Positions 1-11,183 of a stretch of DNA of 64,000 nucleotides are shown here, in pieces (within the stretch, counting starts at the first letter, position 1; every line of letters begins with the position of its first letter). Source of the stretch: Raillietiella orientalis (lineage: Eukaryota). The notes under the pieces were generated by a model. The model saw only the letters and a list, made by a program, of their open reading frames with translations. It was not told the origin of the DNA and made no database searches. The translations under genes were made by a program, and so were the position numbers. Location: contig JAYWIR010000013.1 in assembly GCA_036172245.1 (NCBI GenBank), positions 4,030,001 through 4,094,000 of the forward strand, read 5' to 3'.

Positions 1-557
1 CCTCCACAGTTCCAATTTTGGAAGCCGAGGAGTAACAGCGAAACTGTCCACGGACTCCTCGAACAATTCAGTTCGTGCAGTGTGTGGTTTTCATAGATGC
101 TTGCAGAGGATCAAAAAAACAGGGCTGTCGACAGGGCAGGAAGTGCAAGCTTCACAGGAGAAACAGGGAGTTTTAACAGCAAAGCAGCAAAAAAGACACA
201 CGAGGCATAGATTGCTTCCTCAGACCACTAAATCAAATGCCAGTGTGGCTCACGCCTACCGAAGACGTCAGCGCTTAGGAAGCGAAAGAGATGACTTTCC
301 TTCGAGTGGGATGACGTCATCGTCGTGCTCTTATGGACTGTCGTCAATAGTAGCACCATTCATGTACAAGTTGATCAGCCGGCACTTTGCTTCCTCTAAG
401 AACGTATCAAGAAAAAATTATCTAAGAGAGAAGCACTGCTAAAGGCAATGGAAATATTCGAAGCAAGAAGTCTTCAAAGAGCATCGCATGAGGTCAACCC
501 GAATCCACTTTGTTGGAATTTGTGTTCATGGTGTGCATACTGATTATGAGGGAAACC

Positions 558-1511
558 CTCGAACGCATTCGAAGCACTGAGAACCGTAGTACCTGTCGCA
601 TCTCCAAGGTAGGGGCAGATCGGATGGAAAGGAGGGACGAACGAGAGGAGCAGAAATGCATTCGTGGCTCTGAGCACAGACGTCCCCGTGTCACTTTTCC
701 ACGTGGTCGCCATTTTGCTTCCAAGCACTTTTGCTTCCGTGGAACGAGCTTTTTGGAACCGCCTGCATGAAGTCCGCCGCCTGTCAGCTCAGCAGCGCTG
801 CACTTTCCGACTCCCCACTTTCCCCCTCGAGATAGAAGAGGCCACTTGCAATGCAGGGAGGAAGACGTGGTAGCCACCGGGCGCGAGGTCAGGACTGGTG
901 ATCTTCCCATTCGAATGCCTGAACTGCCTGGAATGTGCGGACGGCATGTGTTGCTAAGGCGCGCGTTGCCGTGAAGGAGAGGAACCGTTCCTTCTGACCT
1001 CAGCCCTCCACGTCTTCGGTGGTACGCCGCAGCTTCGAGAGTGTTTCTACGCAGTGGACTGGCCAAGTGGTGGTCGTTCCGGGCTCCATAAAGTCCACCG
1101 AAAGCACGCACACTGCCGTCCGCACACTCCACACAATTCAGGCATTCGAATGGGAACTTTTTGAAGTTCTCGCGCCCGGTGGCTACCACGCCTTCCTCCC
1201 TGCACCTCATGAAGTGGCCCCTTCTATCTCGAGGGGGAAAGTGGGGAGTCGGAAAGTGCAGTGCTGCTGAGCTGGCCCCACTCCCAGGCGGCGGAATTCC
1301 ATGCAGGCGGTTCCAAAAAGCTCGTTCCACGGAAGCAAAAGTGCTTGGAAGAAAAATGGCGACCACGTGGAAAAGTGACACGGGGACGCGTGTGTTCCGA
1401 ACCACCGATGCATTTCTGCTCCTCTCGTTCGTCCCTCCTTTCCATCCGATCTGCCCCTACCTTGGAGATGCGACAGGTACTACGGTTCTCAGTGCTTCGA
1501 ATGCGTTCGAG
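558..1511. mobile_element. Foldback/MITE-like element with ~390-bp terminal inverted repeats and a 167-bp spacer
   Basis: 558-946 is the reverse complement of 1114-1511. The outer ~104 bp are identical (CTCGAACGCATTCGAAGCACTGAG... / ...CTCAGTGCTTCGAATGCGTTCGAG) and the inner part differs only in short patches. A further copy lies at ~9895-10399. No TSD or transposase was recognised. Confidence 0.85.
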
Positions 1512-1778
1512 ATGCGCCTCGTACATGCAAACACAGAATTCTGCGAGTGTCCCATGAGCGCATTCAAAGAGACTTCATTGTCTGCAAGCTGAGGTGTCAT
1601 GTCTTAAAAAAAAAAATGGATAGGAAGCCACTGAAAAATGGACACTGAAATGCGCTTTCTGGAACAGAAAGAACACATGTGAGACATGCAAAATGCGGAA
1701 AGGACATTGCAGTCTGCAAAGGTTATTTCGGACGTGGACTTCCCATCTCAGCAAACGGTGAGGAAAATCCCACGTGGG

Positions 1779-1880
1779 TGGCCGTGTGGCCGCGCGTGCC
1801 CCCGCCGCGTCGCAGTATTCGAATCCCGCCCGGGTAAGGGTCGACCCCGAGAAAACGGGCGCGTCGTAGGTTTCGAGTCC
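1779..1880 (+). promoter_or_regulatory. tRNA-derived Pol III type-2 promoter-like head (A box plus two B-box-like motifs)
   Basis: TGGCCGTGTGG at 1779-1789 resembles the A box TGGCnnAGTGG. GTATTCGAATCCC at 1815-1827 and GGTTTCGAGTCC at 1869-1880 resemble the B box GGTTCGAnTCC. Confidence 0.55.
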
Positions 1881-2722
1881 TCCCGCTAGATGACGCAGGT
1901 TGGCTTGTAGGCCTCGAGTGCGGTACCAGTGGAAGCAGCCGGAAACCAGATGCTCCCGTTGACTGGCTGGGATTGGGAGTCCAAAGCGTCCTCCTTGAGG
2001 GGATACCCTGCGCGTGTGAGCTGACCATCGCGTAGCATGGAGCTGGTGGACTGATACCTCTCCAGAGTGTGAAGTAGCGCTCTGCTCCCTTCGAGGAAGA
2101 GCCCTTAAGTGAAAACCCGGGAGCGCCCCTTCCGGGTTCATCTCCAGGGAAAGGAACAGGAAGCGGATCCTTACGGTGTTCCTTCTGGAGGAGAAATGAG
2201 GAGCGGTCCCCACCGAGGGGTCTTTCCAGAGAGAACAAAGAAGGAGATTCCCTTCGGAGGCAACCAGGGCGAGGGTTCCCTTCTCAGGTCCCTCCCCATC
2301 AGTGAGAGAAATGGGCCCCTTCCTTTGGAGTCTTCCAGGATCCATAGAATGGTCCCTCCGGTGTCGCCTCCCTGACTTGAAGACTTGCACGCACCCTTGG
2401 ATGGCGTGGAACAGTGTCAAAGAGCTTTGTGAGCCCCCCTAAGGAAACCAACGGTTCCTCAGCACTTGGCGAACCAACAAAAAAAAAGGAAGGATGCAGC
2501 CCGTCTCTAAAAAAGAAGTTGGAAGGAAAGCAGCAAAAACAGAAGAACCACAAAAGACTTCCATGAATCCCGGTAAAATCGGAAGCGACCTGCTGTACAG
2601 CAGCAAAGAAACTTCTGGGGGCGTGGACAACTCGGGAAGTGATGGACGCTGAGATCACGAGTGTCCCACCCCACGGATTTGCACGCTGAGGAGAGCTGCT
2701 CGGCATCCCTCCGGAGGAGGAG

Positions 2723-3202
2723 GTGAAGAGGTCCCCAACGTACCGGAACGGAGGCGCCCTCCCCCTCAAGTGGTCGGAGTTGACGTTGCTGACGGTTCAT
2801 GGGCGGAATCCCGTGCAAAGCGCGCCTTCGCCATTGGACACGGGGGAGGGTGGACGCTCAGGGTGCGGCAGGTGCGAGAAGAAGGAGACCCTTCCGCACC
2901 TGCTGTTGGACCGTACTGCCCCCCGACCTCTTCAAGGTCGCCTCGCGATGACCTTAGGATCGCCGGTGCGCAGACTTAGGGACATTTTCAGACGCCTCTT
3001 CGTGCGTGTCACTCTGCCGCTGCCAGCCGCGCCCCTTGCAGTTCTCTCCTCCTGTCTTCGCGGGGTCGCAGCGGCCTGGGACGCCAGAATAAGAGCCCAG
3101 AAGAGTCCAGGGACGCCATTCACTGCGCGCGGATCTTCTCGAAGACCACCTCGAGATGGCCTCACTCGGGCTAGGTATGGACGGAACTTGCCGGCATCCT
3201 GA
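2723..3202 (+). pseudogene. Remnant of LINE ORF2 C-terminal zinc-binding region (zf-RVT-like)
   Basis: Translation LPLKWSELTLLTVHG...GCGRCEKKETLPHLLLD matches the L1/Tx1-type motif LHG...CxxC...ET..HL...C, with the last Cys lost. It is homologous to 10500-10957. Confidence 0.7.
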
Positions 3203-6200
3203 ACAGGATGAAGAGGAGGCCGGGCAGCATACCGTGATCCTTCCTTCGATCTCTCACTCCCTTCCTCCCGTGTGTAATTTTCCCTCCCCCGTTGTTTTAT
3301 TTTCGTGTGTGTTTTGTTCCCTTCTCCCCACGCTGCCGAAGCGGACCCTGTCGCCGGTCTGCGCAACGGCAGGTTCATTGCGCGTGGTAGAACCAGACAA
3401 ATACAATTTCATTATTTCATATAATAAATGCCCCAACATGACCGGGTGATAATCAGTCTTTCACCCCTGTGTGGGGTCCACTTCATCCGTGGGTGGCACA
3501 CGGGCTGAGAGAGCATCGGACTTGTCTTGTCTATCAGGGAACGAGAAAATCATTGCAAGCACAAGAACTCTATAACTTCATCATCTATCATTCACGAAGA
3601 GTTTTCAGATATCAGGTCAGCCAAATCCAACATCAAAAAGCGAATCCTGCGAGGTCTTGAGAAGAATTTGCGGAACCGGTCGCGCAAACTGATGGGGTTG
3701 GCACGCTCCCTCAAAAAAAAGGGTGCTCGAACGCCAAGCTGAAGAACTGCAGCAAACCCTTTGGTTTCCAGTGGAACTATTCGCTGGAAGTATTCTTAGG
3801 AAACTTCACTTGCGGAGAACTTCACTATCCTTACTCCCTTCCTCGTTAATTTATTTCCAAGGAAGCGAGTAATCTCTCTTACTCCCTTCTTCCTTATTAC
3901 TCTGTTCCTAAGGAAACAGAGTAACGAGGTGAGCAAGTGTTTTTAATAAGAGGACATCGTGCGGGTCACATGGGCCGTTGCTCCTCACGTACGACGCTCT
4001 CTGGAAAAAGAAAATCGTCTTTATAAGGAAGAAGGGTTGACTAAAGCGGGACCACTTTTCACACTGCTTCCAATTTCCACGGATCTCTGCTCCCGTCACT
4101 CACCTTGAATCGGGAGCCTCCTGGGAAATTCCAATTACTTGCTCATTCCTCAGCAGCATCAAGTCGATGTTATCCGGGAACGCTCGTCGCTCCCGCTTCA
4201 TCTTGAACTTCCGAGCGGGAAACATCCGTCGTTCCTCGAGTGTTTCGCCGCATTCCTCGGGATTCCTTTAACAGTCCCTTTACAGATGATCTCTCCAGGT
4301 TTTCTCAAGATCGATCGTGCCAGCCACCAGAAAACACATGTGTCTTTTTTTTCTTTTTCACTTCTCTGAATGCTACAATTTAAGAACCACCGTAAAGAAA
4401 TGGACAGAGTTTTCTTCGGTGGCAATGGCGTTATCAGTTTAGAGCAAGTCAACACATGCACGAAAAGAAAAAGGCGAAAGCATGCTGATCCACAGTTGCA
4501 GTTATTTTCTGTCTGGTTGCTTCCACAGCATTCCCTCTTGCGAGTCTGCAGCCCCAGGCAACCGCACCGTCTTTTGCCCGGAGGAGCATCCGATGGAGGC
4601 CCCAAGAGCGGACCGCGGAAAGTTCCAGCCGGCGCTTCGGCAGGGGCGGCCCCGTGCTGCTGGGCCTCTTGCTGGGTCTCGCGGAAGCACTGGGCGACAA
4701 CCGCGTTGCTGAGGCAACGCCTCAGCTTCGCCATGTGGTCATTCGTACGGTACGAACTCGAGCGGCTTTCATCCAGCTACGAGGCCTCCCTCACGAAATG
4801 AGCACTGCATTCGCGTCGCTGAAGAAACTCCATGAAGGAACCTTCGGCTGTATGCAACCGATGCATTACAAAAGTTGGGAAATTTGCATTCCTTCAGCAA
4901 TTCTTTCGCACGATGCAGAAAGTCCACGGCTCGTTTCCATGGAAATTTTCGTGGATTCCATGATAAGGCACGCTGTGCGTTCCGCTGCATCCGAAATCCG
5001 CACTCCCACCGATTGACTCATTGATCACCCATTATTGATTTCAGGTATCCTAGAAATAATGGGGCACGGGATAGAATGGTGCTTCGCTCTTACTGACACC
5101 ACTCGACCACTGGTAGTCAGATCACCCCGGTGAATCGAAACATCGGACACCCCCACCAATTTAATTTACGGCCGGACTCATCCAACAGGGATCACTCTCA
5201 GGAAAGAGCTCATTCACTAATCTGCGAAAGCAGCTGAGAGTGGCGGAACCCACAGAAAATCGGGCGCCCAACGGGCAAGTTGGGCAGTTGGCCGTCTTCA
5301 CTGCGACTCTGGGGCGGGCTTGGGTGGAGATGTCCAAGCCTCGTGCCCTTGTCTCCCGTGACAACCGCTTGAAGCCACGAACGCCATGAATGGGAAAACG
5401 CTGAGAGACGAGAAGAAAGCCAGAGTTTGCCTGACAGATAAGCAAGCTCCGGATCTCTGAGAGAGGCGTCCGTGATGGGTTTCCGTGAGAAAGATACCCG
5501 AAGATACCCGCTCCGGAGCAGCATCTTTGGAACGAGGAGAGAGCCGCGCGCATAAGAGGCTGCGCCCGAGGGCAACTGCGCGCCATCGCAGATATGCGCC
5601 CATTCCTGTCCGTAGCCAAACGTCCCAATAGATAAGGGGCAGCTCAGCGCTGAGTATTTGGAAATCGGAAAAACTTTTTGCGGGGAGGGGAAACAGAAAA
5701 AGTGTGCTCCCATCTTCATTAGGGAAATGAAAGCGGAAGTGTTGATGGACCACTGGAAGCATTGATGGAAAAAGCATTTCGGAATTTAACGGTGCAGCAA
5801 CTAAGAATGTTTGCTTGGAGATGCTTCCAGCATCGCGCATAAGACGCAACTGTTCGCGGCATTCAGATTTAATGCAAGTCGTAACGAAGAAGCAATGAGT
5901 TTCAAAAGTTTAGGGACTGCAGGAGGAGAAAAAAGGTGATAAGACAAGGAAGCACGGGGTCGCGGACCCGCCGCTGGCCACTGCGATGTCCAAAAGCGAA
6001 CCCATGGCTTGCAAATAGAACTTTCAATGGGGTCGCATCCGAGTGGTGTACGGACGATGCAACCCAGAAGGCACTCCGTTTCAGCAAGCTGCACCAAGAG
6101 GCACGGCTTGGACCATTTTCTAAAATCTTCGGAGATCTCCGGCGAAAACCTGACCGCGCCTTCAGGGTGGAAACAGGCATCGGTGGGTTGGAAGGAAGCT

Positions 6201-6560
6201 GGAACACGAAGCAGCGGAAGACAGTGTTGGATCAGGAAGAACGTATTCAGAATTGCAAAAGACGGAAGCTCAGTGGGCCTTTGGCACCACTCAACCGACT
6301 GAAAGAGCAGACCGAAGTTCTGAATGTCCGAGCACAGGAGGTCCTTCTCGCTCATCCGCGGTTTCTGAAGACGGCAGAGATTCGGTGCCGCTGGCCTGAG
6401 GATCCTGTCCGTGTGTCCTGCCAAGTGTTGGCCATTTATACGCCATTTTCAACTCGCATGGAGTCCGAAAGGGTTTCCTCACGTGGAACCGCCGGAGAGG
6501 GCAGGCCTTCTCCATCGCACTGTCCAAGGCGCTGACTGTGGAGACTGCCCAGGCGGTAGG

Positions 6561-7339
6561 AGGAGCCAAACCCACTTCGTCCACCCAAACTGTGGAGGGA
6601 CCCTGCTTGTGCCAACTCGGTCGTGGTGTCACCACGGAGGAACCCATCTCCACGTCTTCACAAGATGGAGCACTTGCGCGCGTCGTGCACTTCCCTCCGG
6701 TGCTCATGCTGAGAACGAGCGAAGACGCTCAGCTGCGATCCGTTGTGAACGGCCTTGAAAGCTGTGAAAGGTCGCACCCTGGTATCAGTTTCGATAAGCT
6801 TTCCCTGCTTCGGCCATTGCTGGGTTCCGCATCCGCCATCCAACGAACCGGTTGCCTCAGATTCGGCCACGGTTTGCATCCAGTCTGCTGGATTGATGTG
6901 CGGAAGCTCTCAGAAGAAAAAAGGGGACAAAAAAAGAGGACGATTGCAAATCCCATGTCAAGTCAGTGGGGTGTTTGTGCGTTGGCTCATGGCATTTCAA
7001 GGTACGCGGGGTGAGTGATTTGCGGGTATGGATGATGTGCACCCCAATTTACGAAGGGTGCAGGAATTGGTTGTACGTTGCCCCCTTCCACGTACGGTTT
7101 TTTCGTAGCTTTGGGGGGTTCCATCTTTTCAAGGTTAAGACGGTCGCCCAAACTCGCCGCCGTGACAAGGAAGCTGCACACGTCTTCCGCACAGAGTTTT
7201 TTCTTCTTCTTCGAGGTTTCATGCGCCATTGCGGGGTACAAAGGCATCCCCGAGTGGTTCCTCCGTGGTGACACCACGACTGAGGCCGCAAAAGCAGGGT
7301 CCCTCCACGATTTGGGTGGGCGAGGTAGGTTTGGCTTCC
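6561..7339. repeat. Imperfect ~85-bp inverted repeat pair enclosing ~600 bp
   Basis: 6561-6645 (GAGCCAAACCCACTTCGTCCACCCAAACTGTGGAGGGACCCTGCTT...GTCGTGGTGTCACCACGGAGGAACC) is the reverse complement, with substitutions, of 7255-7339. Confidence 0.8.
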
Positions 7340-9894
7340 CACAGGATGCACAGGATTTCTAAGAGAGACGGCACCTCCCCGGCAAAAGGTCGTGACTGCT
7401 TCAAAAGCATTTCCTCCAACAGCCGGTAGGTCAACTGTCTCGATGCGAATTCTTCACTTCAAGGTTTCGCACTCTTTCAGTGTGGTTCGCAGAACTGATC
7501 TCTTCGAGACGAGCGATTGCCTCCGCCGGGCTGGACCGTGAATCGCAAAGTGCCAATTCGTCGGATGATTAATTAATAATTCAGTTCGAGTAGGTATCGT
7601 TAGGGGAAGGAGCAAAGAAGGGAAGATAAGAGGTTAGCGCTGCTACGATTATCTTTTCTATCATGGTATTTGTAATGAGGATTTGTCCTTAAGGAAAGCA
7701 TATTAATGAGCTGAGCAAAATGGGCGCTGCGAAATTGCGTACTGCAATTGAATTTTGTTTGCGAGGTTTTATGCTGACACGAAGTGTTTCTCTCCGTTCA
7801 TCAGGATAGGGAGAAGACAGCCTGTTTTGGAATCCATCTCTAGCTAATTGAAAGGCTGAGCAGTGGCCCCAGGGGTAGCGGTTTTTCGTTTTTTTTTTAA
7901 TGCTAAGATGAAGCTGATTTTGCAACTGCTCCATATGCAGATCGTAATTAGTGTAGAGGTCGAGTTATGGAGCATGGAGTGTCTACGGAGCTCTCGAGTG
8001 TAAGTGTGAGGAGCACGAAAAGACACTTTGGTGCCACGAGATGCAGCGTCCGGCAAGAAGTTTTTCACGGTACTCATTATAGGCACTTTCTTATGGGTGA
8101 TGCGATGTCAGCATTCGACCCAGCACACTGACCGGGGGCTAAAGAGCCATTTAACTGATCTCACGGATGAGAAAGGTTGCATCTGACGCAATGGTTTTCG
8201 GTGTGGTTTCGTTTCCCAGTGGGAAAACTGGGAGTCCTTGAAGATGTCCTTGAAAATCATGCATTTTCTGGAAACCTCAGGAACGAGATGGGCGATGATG
8301 AGATGTACCCAGAGAAAGGCCTACGAGGAAAAAATCTCCCCAATTAGTGAATTAATTAAGCGTGATGCGATCAGAGGATGCCTAAGGAGTGCCAGTGCGA
8401 TTTCTGTGGCAACCTTCAAGAGAAAGGAGTGCGCACCCTCGATGGCGAAGTGGTCACCTGCAGGACTGCAGCAACCGTTCATCCCCTCAGTGACTGCAGG
8501 TGCAAACTGTGCGAGTGATCTGAATCGGGAAGATCTCGTTCGGACCGGTCCGCGCGTCAATGCACAGCGTTTTAACTTGGAAAGACCAGCGTCAGTCCGA
8601 GGTACTTCTGGGATCAGAGACAGCCGTTGACTATGGTGCATGGCTTGCGAGGTCAACTCACGATGCCGTGGTTCTTCTTAGCCGGAGGAAGTTTTTGCGT
8701 GTGTACAAAAGCGGGGCGGTTCCGAGCATGTACGCGGCCGAATCAGTCTGAGCAGATGGCCTCATGTGACTCGGGGAATGTACTTCACCTGCGTGACCTT
8801 TGAGGATGGAATGCATGGCACGGAAACGAGTTCGAGATGGCAGTCGTGGACACGGGAGTGCGATGGGCCCACCTTGGTCGGACGTTTCTCTTATGGAATG
8901 CGCATACTTATTCGCGGCGCAGCCTTCCATGCTGGCGAGTATGAATCCGCGACCCGTGGGGTTAAGGCAGGCGAGCGATGAGCTGCGGCTTTGCGGGGGG
9001 GGGGAAGGGATGCGGAGAGGGTGGGCAGGGGACAACGTCGGATGCCGCTAACGTGGGGGAAGAATCGCATTGAATTTGCTGGAGTAGATCAGTAGATGGA
9101 AAGGAATGGAAACCATGTTGTCGGAATGTGGATTGGTGTGACGCCGACACGTATGCATGGGGGAAATCGACAAGGAACGGACATGGACGTAAGGGAGAAA
9201 AGGAACATAAAGATCCCTTAGAGAAATTTCGATCGTAAGCTTTAGACCGAGTTCCATTTAGGCTATTTTTTTCTTCCAGGAAGATTTTATCAATCTCGTA
9301 GAAAGACTTTGTAGGCGACTTCAAGAAGAGCTGAGATCATTTAAAGAAAAGAACGAAAGCAGAAGAATCGGTCAAGTGCAGGGTCACGGATGAAACTTTT
9401 TCATAGGGACAAATTGTGACCATGGGTGCTGAGGAGAGTGTTTTCCAATGCATGAGCGACCTCAAAAGGATGCATTTATTGAGAGTAGAATGGTTTGCGG
9501 AAGCATAAGGCTAGATATTGAAGGTAATCTGCTCAATAAGACACAAAAGAGCACACTGAAAGCATGCAGCTGCATTCTTATGAAAATAAGGAAAATATGA
9601 TGGCGTTTGGATGAAGCTGAGGAGGTCTGCTGTCGCAGAGAAGATTATACGATGCAGCGAATACGATGCACTGTAGGTGAAAAAGGGAAGATGATAGAAA
9701 AGATGCTTTGAGAGATTCATGGATTTCAGATATTTGGATCGTTAGCAACTAAGAAGCAGACAAAGACAAACGAGAACGAAGTCCCCTTATCAGCTTTTGT
9801 TTGCTGATGCTCAACCTCTATGAACAGGAAGTTTGACAAGCTAAAATGGAGAGGCTGAGGTCTAGAAAAAAGGTGCCCTCGTTCGAGGCTCCCT

Positions 9895-10399
9895 TCCAAA
9901 GTAATGGCGGATCGGATAGAAAGGAAGGACGAACAAGGAGGAGCAGAAATGCATTCGTGGCTCTGAGCACAGACGTCCACGTGTCACTTTTCCACGTGGT
10001 CGCCATTTTGCTTCCAAGCACTTTTGCTTCCGTGGAACGAGCTTTTTGGAACCGCCTGCATGGAATTCCGCCGCCTGGGAGTGGGGCCAGCTCAGCAGCA
10101 CTGCACTTTCCGACTCCCCACTTTCCCCCTCGAGATAGAAGGGGCCACTTCATGAGGTGCAGGGAGGAAGGCGTGGTAGCCACCGGGCGCGAGAACTTCA
10201 AAAAGTTCCCATTCGAATGCCTGAATTGTGTGGAGTGTGCGGACGGCAGCGTGCGTGCTTTCGGTGGACTTTATGGAGCCCGGAACGACCACCACTTGGC
10301 CAGTCCACTGTGTAGAAACACTCTCGAAGCTGCGGCGTGCCATTCAGGACCGAAGACGTGGAGGGCTGAGGTCAGGAGGAACGGTTCCTCTCCTTCACG
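9895..10399 (+). mobile_element. Second, partial copy of the 558-1511 foldback element (one arm plus spacer)
   Basis: Near-identical to the reverse complement of ~970-1465. Homology resumes briefly at 11184-11208 (CAACGCGCGCCTTGGCAA). Confidence 0.85.
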
Positions 10400-11183
10400 A
10401 CGCCGCCACACCTCGCAACATTCCCAAGGGACTCGTTCGGTGGAGCAAACTCCTGAGTGTGTTTCCCGAAGAACTTGTGGTCCCTCCCTCGTGCGTGGAC
10501 GCTCCAGTGTTCCCCCTGCTTTGGAAACAGGACGTGCTCTTGCTGGTGCATCGGGGCTTCCACTGCAACCAGCGTAGCAAACGTTGCTTCCGGGGGATTG
10601 GCCTCCCCAAACTGTAGAAGGTGCGTAGCAGCGGAAACGCTTTCGCATCTGCTCTTCGACTGCGTTGTCCTCCAAGGACTGTGGCGGAGGTTGGCTTCAG
10701 CTCTCCTGCACCATGGAGACACCTCAAGTTTTTTGATGCGCAGCTTCTTTATGCCAGGAGGCCTGTCGTTAGGTGCGGTTGTCGCAACGATCTGTTGCAT
10801 CCGCACCATCTTCACGGTCCGCCGCCAGTTGGAGTCGCAGACGATTCTTCGAGAGGTCACCGGAATAGACGACGGAGACATGACGTCGGCTGCCAGGTGG
10901 CTTCATCCTCCAGAAGACGTCAGGAAGGAGATCTCCGGCATCCAACGCCGGTTCTGAAGGGAGGAACGACCAAAGACAAAGACCCCTGTCCCCTCTCCTC
11001 CCCAGATGTTGATTTAAATTTTTTTAAATATTTATTTGTGGTCCTCTCCCTCCCGTTCCGGACTTTCAGTTTTACCGACCTGCGTGTTGGGGAGCCCTCC
11101 CTTCGTTTTTCTGTGCCTTTTGTCCGGGAACAAAGTTCCCGGATAGTTTAGCAATAAACTCCCCGGCTCACCCGGGTGAGGAA
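10400..11183 (+). mobile_element. 5'-truncated L1/Tx1-like retroelement 3' fragment (ORF2 zinc-finger remnant plus 3' UTR)
   Basis: Frameshifted translation PLLWKQDVLLLVHRG / GLASPNCRRCVAAETLSHLLFDCVVLQGLWRRL contains a complete CxxC...H....C motif. A pyrimidine-rich UTR, AATAAA at 11153-11158 and the palindrome CTCACCCGGGTGAG at 11167-11180 follow. Confidence 0.8.

Larger units (their letters stand above)
1779..3449 (+). mobile_element. Internally deleted (non-autonomous) L1/Tx1-like non-LTR retroelement with tRNA-like 5' head (copy A)
   Basis: 1779-2500 aligns by eye with 62681-63430 (+) and 21560-22327 (-). 2723-3202 encodes an ORF2 C-terminal CxxC...ET..HLL remnant. A pyrimidine-rich 3' UTR follows, then AATAAA (3423-3428) and CCGGGTGA, as at 11153-11180. 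Confidence 0.7.

Noticed and set aside
494..1405. 303-aa minus-strand ORF (and related ORFs at 9846-10577)
   Set aside because: It runs through both arms of the foldback repeat and has no recognisable domain. The third copy has indels relative to the left arm, so it is best explained as a chance open frame in a GC-rich repeat.
1773..3497. CGTGGGTGGC at 1773-1782 and 3488-3497 as a TSD for copy A
   Set aside because: The left copy overlaps the A box shared with copy B, and the right copy is ~40 bp beyond the 3' end defined by the 11180 terminus. It is probably coincidental.
7776..7804. Hammerhead-ribozyme-like core on the minus strand (CTGATGA...GAAACAC-TTC-GTGTC)
   Set aside because: Stem III and a GUC triplet are present, but stem II (ACGGAGA) and stem I cannot base-pair.
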